In this document: piece after piece, positions 1 to 10,520 of the stretch | How the letters are laid out: every line of letters begins with the position of its first letter | How positions within the stretch are numbered: position 1 is the first letter of the stretch | Source: Okamejei kenojei | Lineage: Eukaryota | Direction: 5' to 3' | DNA: 64,000 nt | Assembly (NCBI GenBank): GCA_035221665.1 | Contig: CM069164.1 | Location: forward strand, 17,856,001-17,920,000 | Notes under the pieces: model-generated | What the model was told of the DNA's origin: nothing | The model's database searches: none | What the model saw: the letters and a program-made list of their open reading frames with translations, nothing else | Program-made: the position numbers and the translations under genes

Positions 1-287
1 CATGACATGCAAATTAAGGGACAGAAGTTTAGGGGTAACGTGAGGGGGAACTTCTTTACTCAGAGGGTGGTGGCTGTGTGGAATGAGCTTCCAGCAGAAG
101 TGGTGGAGGCAGGATCGATTTTAACATTTAAAAGTAAAGTGAATAGGTATATGGACGGGAAAGGAATGGAGGGGTATGGTCTGAGTGCAGGTAGATGGGA
201 CTAGGGGAAAACAAATGGTCGGCACGGACTGGAAGGGCCGAGAGGGCCTGTTTCCGTGCTGTAATTGTTATATGGTTATATGGTTAT
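1..287 (+). mobile_element. CR1-clade LINE 3' end (truncated by window start)
   Basis: ORF 7..204 FRGNVRGNFFTQRVVAVWNELPAEVVEAGS is the typical CR1 ORF2 C-terminus; it is followed by GGGCCG..GGGCCTGTTTCCGTGCTGTA and a (TTATATGG)n tail. Confidence 0.85.
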
Positions 288-1235
288 AATAAACCATCCG
301 ATTGTAAATACTTTTTGGAAGGTTATATTTTTGTTACCTGTAGCTTTGAGAAAGCTGTGGGAATGTTTAGTGGGGATGTTTTATAAAGGAAATCTCTGTC
401 TAATTCCCCCGCCGTTTCAACACCCACTCCCCAGTCCACTACAATCATCACTTTACAATAAATAAGAAAACAGTTAGATTACTGATTCTTTTGGATGGGA
501 AGATTATGACATCAAATGCAGTCCAGAACCAGAGCACTTGATCTATCTGGCATTTAGAGTACCAACTAGAGAGTGCCATTTGTTACACTCAAGACTGTTA
601 GATGCCCCCTCACTGAGAATCATGAAATAACACAGCACAGATGCAGGCTGTAGTTTGCAGCTTGCCTCTTTGGTGGAGTTATCTCACTAATCCCGCTTTC
701 CTGTTATTTCCTCAACCTTGGTTAACAACACGTTGCTATTTGTGTGTCCTTTATGCACAAAGAATGGTTATCAACAGAAGCCTCAGTGTATGTGATACAG
801 GCTAGTGCTCTGCTCAATGGCCTATTGACATTGAGCGTACCAACATTAAAAAAAATTCTGCCCGTCTCCCTTTTGGCCAGTTATATATTTTCACAGCGTG
901 ATATTTGAAGTTCAGGTCTAGAGTTACAATGTGCGTAGAAGGCTTTTTCTTATAAAATGGCATCTCCAGCCTGACATCGCAATGCCTCTGTGTACTAGTA
1001 CTTGGCAACCACATTCCTTGCCATCTTTTGAATTTCATATGTTAAAAGCAAATTTCCAGCATTACCTTTACTTTTTTGTAAAAGGGAACAAAAGAAGAAT
1101 GTCAAATCATGGTTTTAACACTTTACTGCAAGCATTGTTGCCCATAATATGTCAGTTATTTACAAAATGTTAATATCATTTGATTTTTGGCATTGCATGC
1201 ATGGCTTTATCATTGATCCTGCTTAATTGTTTCAG

Positions 1236-1385
1236 CTTCCAATCTGTAATTGAAGAATGCGTGAAGCAGATGAATCTCGAATTATATCAGATGAGAGGAA
1301 ATGGGAACTCATCTACCAACAGGAACAGCGCAGCCATTGACGCAGAAACCGTCCTTAGGCCTTTAATGGATCTTCTGGATAAAAA
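1236..1385 (+). CDS. unc13c: unc-13 homolog (Munc13-3-like) coding exon A, MUN domain
   Basis: ttcag| acceptor, |gtaaag donor; [49 protein letters not shown] recognised as UNC13C-like; upstream exons lie outside the window. Confidence 0.93.
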
Positions 1386-1647
1386 GTAAAGTGTCTCTGT
1401 CAATAAGCTTCTGCCCAAAGATAACCATTTGATCCATCACTTGCATTGAAATGCAAATATCATGGGGAATTTGGCATTTAAATTGTAGTTATCAGGAAGC
1501 AGTGTTGCCAGCCAATTTTCTCACTGTGATGCTGATAGGATGCTGTTTTATATGTATGGTCTGCTGGCAGATCTTGTGGCGCATAATACAAGTTTTTTGA
1601 TGTCTTAACTGTCTGATGACAGCGGATATTTTTTCTTTTTATTCCAG

Positions 1648-1771
1648 CCTGACGCTGTTTGCTAAAATCTGCGAGAAGACTGTTCTAAAAAGGGTTCTGA
1701 AGGAACTTTGGAAAATAATTCTGAACGTAATAGAAAGAAAGATTGTTTTGCCTGCGCTAACTGACCAAAGT
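1648..1771 (+). CDS. unc13c: unc-13 coding exon B
   Basis: ttccag| ... |gtaagt; (N)[41 protein letters not shown], a conserved MHD2 segment; phase 2 in, phase 0 out. Confidence 0.95.
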
Positions 1772-2557
1772 GTAAGTACTAGCCAACTGTTGCTACAGAA
1801 ACTACTTTGTACAAATATTTCATAAATAGGCACCACCTCTCTGCCACATATCAAGCGGGAAGCCAGGGATGACACAGATTCCTAATGCGTACACTGTTTC
1901 ACAACATAGCTCTGAGATTAAATGTCAGTCTAAAGATACGATGATGTACATCACTGGGTAATCTGTCATTCGTTTTAGAATCAAGAATTAGAACAAAGAT
2001 ACAGGTTCAACATGGAATGAAGCCACCAATTTGTCTGGTGTCATTTTTTGAAGTGTGTGATTAGCAGTTGTGAACAATGGAGTACATTAGGGTTCAGTGC
2101 TGGCTCCACTATTGTTTGTTACCTACACTAACAAGGAACACAAAATCTAATGAAATTTGTGATGCGCACTTTCCCACCACAAAGCCGTACTCGCTATCTC
2201 TAATTAATCCTTTTAATCTACAAATGCTGGTAGATCTTGTCCCCAAGAGTCCCAATCCAACAACTTTCCCACCGCTGATGTCATGCTCATCAGCTTGTCC
2301 TTGCAGCCCTTTTCTAAAATAAAAGGACATTAGTCATCTTCCAGTCTTCCTGTACTCACCCATGGTAAACGATGATAGAGCAAAGTTATTTCTTCCATGG
2401 GTTCCATAATGTCCTAGGATATGCTTGGTCAGGCCCTGGGGATGTATTCGCCTAGGCATGCATTAAGACTGCCAGTGATTCCTCTTTTCTGATGTGGATA
2501 TGTTTCAAGACATCATTATTCTCGCCCCAAATTCCCAAGCTTCCAAGACCTTCTATG

Positions 2558-3445
2558 CTATGAGGCTGCAGGGTGACTTGGACAGGTTTGGTGAGTGGGC
2601 AGCTGCATGGCAGATGCAGTGTAATGTGGAAAAATGTGAGGTTATCCACTTTGGTGGTAAGAACAGGAAGGCAGATTATTATCTGAATGGCGTCAGATTA
2701 GGAAAAGGGGAGGTGCAACGATACCTGGGTGTGCTTGTACATGTGTCACTGAAAGTAAGCATGCAGATACAGCAAGCAGTGAAAAAAGCAAATGGCATGT
2801 TGGCCTTCATTACGAGAGGATTTTAGTTTAGGAGCAAGGAGATCCTACTGCAGTTGTACAGGGCTCTGGTGAGACCGCACCTGGAGTATTGTGTGCAATT
2901 TTGGTCTCCTAATATGAGGAAGGACATTCTTGCTATTGAGGAAGTGCTGTGTAGGTTCACCAGGTTAATTCCCGGGATGGCAGGGCTGACATATGATGAA
3001 AGAATGGGTCGACTTGAGCTTGTATTCACTGGAATTTATAAGGATGAGAGCAGATCTTATAGAAACATACAAAATTCTTAAAGGATTGGACAGGCTAGAT
3101 GCAGGAAAAATGTGCCCCGTTGGGGGAGTCCAGAACCAGGGGTCTCAGTTTAAGAATAAGGGGTAGCCCATTTAGGACTGAGATGAGGAACAACTTCTTC
3201 ACCCAGAGAGTTGTGAATGTGTGGAATTCTCTTCCACAGAAGGCAGTGGAGACCAAGTCACTAGATGTTTTCAAGAGAGACTTAGATTTAGCTCTTAGGG
3301 CTAAAGGAATCAAGGGTTATGGTGAAAAAGCAGGAACGGGGTACTGATTATAGATGATCAGCCATGATCATATTGAATAGCAGTTCTGGCTCAAAGGGCC
3401 GAATGGCCTAATCCTGCATCTATTTTTCTATGTTTCTATGTTTCT
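2558..3445 (+). mobile_element. CR1-clade LINE, 5'-truncated ORF2 C-terminal part with 3' tail
   Basis: Frameshifted ORFs RLQGDLDRFGEWAAAWQMQCNVEKCEVIHFG, YRALVRPHLEYCVQFWSP and FFTQRVVNVWNSLP; ends with a (CTATGTTT)n tail. Confidence 0.92.
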
Positions 3446-4396
3446 CCATCGTAAGAGGAGAAATATTTACCTCAGATTTTGTCCACGTCCAGTGGCTTCA
3501 CATACAGATACCCAGATTGATCCTTAAGGGATCCTATCCTCTCTCTAATTTCACTTCTGCTTTTAATATATGTAATGTATTTGCTAGGGTTGTCCTTTCT
3601 CCTTATCTGCTAGGAATATCGCACGTGCTCATGGATTAATGCTTCCAGTATTCAATAGGGTATTTTCTGTAGAATTTACATGCAAACCATACTGCTTAAA
3701 TGGAACATTAATCTCCTTTCCCTGGTGCCAGTTAAACAAATTCTTCATGGGTTCTCCGTTAATCTGAATGGTACATGGTTCTTTTGAACAATTTGGTCCT
3801 GCATGATTGACATTGATTCGATAATATTATTCATAGATAAGCAACCAATAAAATGAACATTCCAATCAAGATAGAATGGAGATTCTTCTAAGCATGTCAT
3901 TTTGCTTTACATTCTGAAGGAGGAGATTTCTAGCTCGCCTGTTTGAAGTTGTTAACCTTACTCGTGTGTTAGCTATTTTTGATTACAGAATGGTTTTCTA
4001 TTCATCAAGTTATGTTGTTAAATCTGTCGAGCTCAGGGCATCAGCTCTATCGGCCAGTGAACAATGTGAGGGAGGAAGAATGTATTTACTTGTTAAAGAA
4101 GGAACTGCAGATGCTGGAGAATCGAGGGTACACAAAAGGCTGGAGAAACTCAGCGGGTGCAGCAGCATCTAAGGAGCGAAGGAGATGGGCGATGTTTCGG
4201 GTCGAGACCCTTCTTCAGACTGGTCAGGGATCAGGGAAACGAGAGATATAGACGGTGATGTGGAGAGATAAAGAACAATGAATATGCAAAAAAATATCAA
4301 TGATAAAGAGAACAAGCCATTGTAAGTTGGGGGTTACACAAAAAGCTGGAGAAACTCAGCGGGTGCAGCAGCATCTAAGGAACGAAGGAGATAGGC

Positions 4397-4424
4397 GACG
4401 TTTCGGGTCGAGACCCTTCTTCAG
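4397..4424 (-). ncRNA. Minimal type I hammerhead ribozyme core (best-preserved copy)
   Basis: Minus strand reads CUGAAGA A GGGU-CUCG-ACCC GAAA CGUC: conserved core, 4-bp helix II, palindromic ACGU helix III and a GUC cleavage triplet. Confidence 0.65.
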
Positions 4425-4703
4425 ACTGGGGCCCGAGGGCTGTGGGAGAGGTGGGAAGGGGAGGAGACAGCAAGGGTTAACAGAATTGAGAAAATTCAAT
4501 GTTGAATTTTATTCTCGGGCCCTGGCATTCCCTCTCTCTCTATCTCCCTCCCCCACCCTAGTCGCACCAGCTTCTAATTTTCACACCACAAACAGCTTAC
4601 AGTGGCTTGTTCCCTTTATCATTGATACTTTTTTGCATATTCATTGTTCTTTATCTCTCCACATCACCGTCTATATCTCTCGTTTCCCTGATCCCTGAAC
4701 AGT

Positions 4704-4731
4704 CTGAAGAAGGGTCTCGACCCGAAACATC
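4704..4731 (+). ncRNA. Minimal hammerhead ribozyme core (AUC variant); mirror copy at 4191-4218 on minus strand
   Basis: CTGAAGAAGGGTCTCGACCCGAAACATC. Confidence 0.55.
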
Positions 4732-5602
4732 GCCCATCTCCTTCGCTCCTTAGATGCTGCTGCACCCGCTGAGTTTCTCCAGCCTTTTGTGTACCCCCAA
4801 TGTATTTACTTGCTTGTGATTTAGATAATGTTGCAGGCAGTTATTTCTTCATTGGCAAAGAGCAAACTTAACGTCACCATAAATTATGGGGAGTTTCAGT
4901 GGGGAACAGGCAATTTCACGATTTGTACTGAGAAGAGAAGAATGGTGGTATACTGTCAGGAAATAATCAGAAGGTACTTTCCCATCCATTTTACACTGTT
5001 TCCCTGCTCCTCCCCCCCACCATTCCTCAATCCCTCATGCTCCCCCTCTCTACCCATTCCCTGCCCTCTACGTTTCACACATCGAGATTATGAAATCAAT
5101 AGAAATGAAATGGAAAATTCTGTGCTTCCAACAATATTGTTTCTCCCTTTCCATTTTCCTGAGTCGCGCAACACTTCGAATCTCTGAACAAAAGGTCAGT
5201 TGGACATCAATTCCAAATTCCTGCCAGCGTTGCACTGAAATTAACGGGCACACATGACTGAACACAGAACTGGCGAATTACTACCCTTTTCCATGGCAAC
5301 AGCTCTCCGTTCAGGAACCCGTCATGTGGACAATTGCATACAGAGGCATAGCTCGTGCTGCTTCTGTGGCATTAGGCATGGGTCCGATGCTTCACCTGGC
5401 TCACTGTGTCAGAAGTTTCAGTCATTGTGAAAATGGAAAAAGGATTTGGAGCAAGTTAAAACCAATGGGTTTCTCTGCATTAACGGAATACGGAATATTC
5501 TCAACAGTTGCACTAAATGTCTGCGTTCAAGCGCATCTGGATCTCGTTGATTTGTGAATCGTCCTCTATTTTCCAAATAATGCCATTGTTCTCCTCACGG
5601 TG

Positions 5603-5626
5603 TGAGAGAGAGAGAGAGAGAGAGAG
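5603..5626. repeat. (GA)n microsatellite
   Basis: Direct reading. Confidence 0.9.
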
Positions 5627-7849
5627 GTGGCATTTTAATTCCTTGTTATGGAGCCTTCAAGTGAGCTCCTGATTTATTTCTAGGTATTGCTCGTGGAAGG
5701 GATATTCTATTCAAGTCTAATGCCTATAACTTTACATCAAATTCCAGATTGTTGCTGCTGTAAGTGATTAGGGAGTTTGAGACAGAATTCAGGTAATTTC
5801 AGGATTTGTGCTGTGAAGAGTAGCATAAATCTTGTTAAAGTGGCTGATGATGTCCCCTGTTCCCTCTCCACCACAACCTTTCTGTCCCACGTTTACTTGC
5901 AACTCCCCCTCCTCTTCTTTATTCCCAAGCCCTCTTCCTTCTCCCTCTCCTGTGCTCCCTCAAGGTTCAATTACATGACTGTGAGTGTCCACCTGCATGT
6001 GCCATGGTACCACTAAAAACTGTAAATGCTGCAGAGCAAGTTCAACAAATGCAGAGGAAATTGCTAAGATTTACAAAAAGAGTGGAAAGGTTGCTATTCC
6101 AGTTATAGAGGAAGAAACACTGACCACCTGTTTGAATTGGTTGCAGAGTACAGGCAGTCCCCACCGTATCACAGATGTTCGCAGGACAGAAATGAACAAA
6201 AAGGGTGTGTGGGAGAAGATCACAGAAACAGCAGTAATGGGAGGGCGAGCAGGCGCCGAGAGAGCAGCCGCCAGCCGGCCTCACTGGCTCTGTGAGTGAG
6301 TGAGTGAGTCTGCTTAGTGCACCCAGCACTGCTCAGTGCAGCCTAGCTCTCAAATGGAGCGGCTCGGCATAGAGGGGAGAGAAGCTGTATAGAAGCGCCC
6401 TATTCATTAGATGTCCGCCTACCCTGCTGGTGTCCCAAATACTCACTCATTCCATAAGTCAGGCATTAGCAACCCAAGGAGGTACTTGAAAGAAAGCCGT
6501 TGATATAATGGATATTTCAGTGAAGTAATTTTGAGGTCCAAAATCAAAAGTATAAGCAAATAAGGATGTATAAAGAGAAAATGTGTACAACAATGAGAGA
6601 AAATTGAATATAAAACGAAAATTGGTTCTAAAATTCTGAGTCTGAATTTAACCTGGAAGATATTGTCAAAGTATTTATGTGGATCATTTAGTTTCCTCAA
6701 AGATGAAGCCATTGTCACTTCTCCCCCACCCTCAACACCAGCTGGCATTGTGTTCTAACATCAAATGCACACACCTCTCCCTCCCACACCCCCACTGAAT
6801 TGTTCTTTAGACACACTTGCCTTTCACCATTCAACCTTCATGGTCGTCTCTGTAACCTATTGCTCCTCTGCAACACTTTTACTCTCAAGGAACCCATAAA
6901 AGACCAACACATTTTCTTTTATAGCCAGCCACTGATCAATATGCTTTTATCCCAGTTGTTTATGTTTTTCCCGGTGTTTGGGACAATGTTTAACCTCATT
7001 CACTTTTATACTATCAAGCTGACATTTGTCATACCTCCCCATATATCTGCATTATTCTGTGAGTTCTGTCTTTTCCCTCATGTCTTTCCCCCCAATAGAA
7101 TGCAATCTGTCCCTGAATTATCTCCTCTCTAAAGGTTGTCCATTATTCTGTTCATTTTATCCTTGCCATTCTTTTAACTTCAATCAGATCATTCCGAAAT
7201 TCCCTAAAATAATCCCCTTCAGTTAAATAATCTAGTTTCATATTCTGCAATTCCCATCTATATTAACTTCTTGACTCAATTCAGCAATTCTTCTTCACTG
7301 ACTAGAAAGTTTCTCTCTTAACCATCTTTTACACAATTATTCAACAATTTGCTATTATCTCATTCTCTTTCAAAAATGCATTGTAACCTGACAGCTCCTT
7401 TGACGTTTCAGACATTAAGCAAATATAATTTGCCTTGCACCCCTCAGATTATTCACTTTATCAAACACTGAACTAATTTCCTCAATCTAAATGCTACATT
7501 GAAATGATTTTCCCTCCCTGTTTTTCCTGAATATAATGTACCCCAGATATATTAAACACCCATGAACAATACCACCTGAGGTGGAGGTTTCAAGCTGTAG
7601 AACTATTTATCTGTGGGCATTTTAACAATTTCTGGAGATTTAATGCATTGGTTCAAACTAGGTTTTTCACTATACACTGATGATCAATAGGATGACAATA
7701 TCGAAACACAATGTTCTCAGAGAGAATGGCATAGTTGTGGAGCACAGTAGTCCCCCTTCAACACAGCAGGTCCATGGTGACCATCAGGTACCCATTGATA
7801 CTCATCGCATTTATGAGCACCTGGTCTATAGCCTCTCAGTCTTGGCAGT

Positions 7850-8135
7850 TCAAGTTCAAGTGAGTTTATTGTCATGTGTCCCTGATAGGACAATGAAATT
7901 CTTGCTTTGCTTCAGCACACAGAGCATAGTAGGCATTTATTACAAAACAGATCAGTGTGTCCATATATCATCATATAAATATATACACACATGAATAAAT
8001 AAACTGATAAAGTGCAAATAACAGATAATGCGTTATTAATAATCAGAGTTTTGTCCGAGCCAGGTTTAATAGCCTGATGGCTGTGGGGAAGTAGCTATTT
8101 CTGAATCTGGTTGTTGCAGTCTTCAGGCTCCTCTT
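7850..8135 (-). mobile_element. L2/Rex-Babar-like LINE 3' end
   Basis: caagttcaagtgagtttattgtcatgtg...atgaaattcttgctt...agcctgatggctgtggggaag, typical of an antisense fish LINE tail; related pieces at ~21945-22030 and ~57215-57445 (+). Confidence 0.55.
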
Positions 8136-9809
8136 CAAGGAGTCTTTTTAAATGTTGTGAGATTAAAAGTTACATACATTACACTATTTGGACCCATCAA
8201 ATTCTCATATTTTTCTAACTCTTTTAAGTGCAGAATCTCAATTCTGAGAAAGGATGGGTTGGATTCTAAGACTCAATTACAAGACAAAATTATTGGCACC
8301 AGGAACTGAACCACTCCACTCCCCAGCAGAGGCAAGTGGCCAACCTACTTAAGGATGCTCTCTGCTTTCATTTAACACACATTTTAAACTACAGGCTTCC
8401 TAGACCACTGGAGACTTGGCAGCTGTAAACACAAAAGCTGGGCTGAGTCCATGAGGAGGTGTCTTCAAAGTACTGTGCTGGCCAAGACAAGCAAGCTGGA
8501 GCCTCAGACTCAAAACACAGTCAGTAAATCCACAATGAAAAAAATATTTCCTGCCTCTCCAACCATCACCTCACCTCATTCTCTTGACCCATGTCACACC
8601 ACCTTTTCCCTACTCTTTGCACCATACAACTCGAGACAAAACCAAGTGATTCTAAAAAGCTCCCTCTCCGTGATTTATCTCCAAACAATTTCAACCAAAT
8701 GTCCTCTATTTTAATTCTCAGGACTTTTGGGAAAACTTTTGCATAGCTTTCACCCCAACCTCTTGAGATCCTTCCCACTGCACAACACCAGTCCATCAAA
8801 GCCACTGATCATTTTGAACCCCTCCTTAAATCTCTCTTTTCCTTACACTCAATGATATCTCCCAGAGCTTTTGTCTTTCCACAATGCTGAATTTTCTCTC
8901 CTTGATATCTGTGCTCGTTCCTAAACTCTGCTTGACTTATTTCAATTCAAACCAGTATGGCTCAAGATACACTCTCTTGCTTTTCTGTTCAATGCACAAT
9001 TTATAAACACAATAAATATTTTTTTAACAATGTTATCAATATCTACCTGGAAAGATTTAAATATTTACGTCATGGTCCTTGATTGAAAGCTGGCATATTA
9101 TGATTAACAACTATTCCTTAATGCAGTAACTTGTTCTCAATTGTTCTCAACTTGTTCTCAACTTATTGTCATCCTGTAACTGAGTTCTTTACAACCCTGC
9201 CTCTGTTAGACATGCGAGTCTGCCACAAAAGTTTCAAATTCTCTGACCAAATTAATGTTCATGTTGGGAACGCAACCACTTTAATTCAACATTCAGCATC
9301 AATCCCAAGGTCTGCACTGAATACTGCTTTGGATCTTGTTTCATCCATGACTATGGAATCTTCCCTCAAACTGCACACTTGCTAAATACAAGGACAACCA
9401 TAGGGATCAGAATACATGACTAAGATAATTCTTTGCTCACAGCATAGTCAGCATGGCAACATCTTGCATCCTTATCATGGTATGCAGACAGTGCTAACTG
9501 TGCTGTTGAATGCCAGTATGAGAGGCAAAAATCTCTTAAAGGAGAACTGCATCACTGTAAGACTGCCTGCAGCTCTCAAAGGAGGTCGAGGGAGTCTATG
9601 GCAGATTTCAGTGCAGACGTCTCTGTCACTTCCTCCTCATTGTGCTTCGGGTCAGAGTATTGCTTCCTGAACAATCTGGGGAGATGTGACTTCCTACTGC
9701 ATGTCCTCCTCCCGGCATCTTGCACTATTTGGGGCAACCTTTGCCATTCTTCCACTGATGCTGCATGGTGAGGGGAATGCAGACTTGAGCACCTTAGGTC
9801 AGTGTTAAC

Positions 9810-10520
9810 TGGAAACACAAGAGTCTGCAGATGCTGCAATCTAGAACAAAAAACTGAATGCTGGAAGAACTCAGCAAGTCAAGCAGCAACTGTGAAGGCT
9901 AACATTGTATGCCAGCATTTTGGGTTGTTCATAGCAGTACGTCCAGGTGAGAAAGAGGTTCATGTGCACCTCCCCTAACCTCATCTACTGCATCGGGTGT
10001 TCCCGATTTGGTCTACTGTACATTGGCGAGACTCGGTGGCCGTTTTCGCTGGACATTGGCTCGATCCGCCAATGCTTACTGGATCCCTCAGTTATTAATC
10101 ATTGTAATTCCCCTTCCCATGTATGAACATTGATCTCTCCAATTTTAGGTAACTAACATTTCTTCCCTTTTTTATCTCTCCCGTTTCCCAATTAGACTTG
10201 CACCTATTTCTCTTCTCCCCTTCCACCTACATTACTTTCTTCTAGCTTCACGATCCACAACTCTTCAATCCTTTTGTATCAAACCTTCTGTCTTTTCGTC
10301 TCTGGCCTCTGTCCAACCATCTGCCTATCAAAGACCCCCCTCACCCGTATCCACCTATTACCCAGCAGAATTTGTCCTGCTTCTCCTCTCTTCCAGCTTT
10401 CTTCCCCCATCCCCCCAACACAATCAGTCTGGAGAACGGTCCTGACCCAGAAAGTCACTTATCGATGCTCTCCAGAGATGCTGCTTGACCCACTGAATCG
10501 CTCTAGCACGTGTATTTTCT
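9810..10520 (+). mobile_element. Penelope-like element 3' fragment: GIY-YIG endonuclease relic, terminal repeat and upstream inverted partial repeat
   Basis: 9942-10120 translates as QVRKRFMCTSPNLIYCIGCSRFGLLYIGET..., the GIY-YIG signature; followed by the same repeat tail with a degenerate hammerhead at ~10428-10457; inverted tail copy at 9810-9900. Confidence 0.8.

Larger units (their letters stand above)
4093..4798. mobile_element. Penelope-derived fold-back element with three hammerhead-like motifs and a 14-bp TSD
   Basis: AATGTATTTACTTG at 4079-4092 and 4799-4812; inverted arms ~4126-4329 and ~4593-4796; an extra partial unit at ~4335-4430. Confidence 0.8.

Noticed and set aside
4300-4698. 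132-aa ORF and overlapping ORFs
   Set aside because: They lie wholly within the non-coding fold-back repeat and show no protein-like motifs
6148-6430. TACAGGCAGTCCCC as a possible Tigger/pogo MITE left end; ORF 5985..6299
   Set aside because: No convincing right TIR found and the ORF has no recognisable homology or splice context
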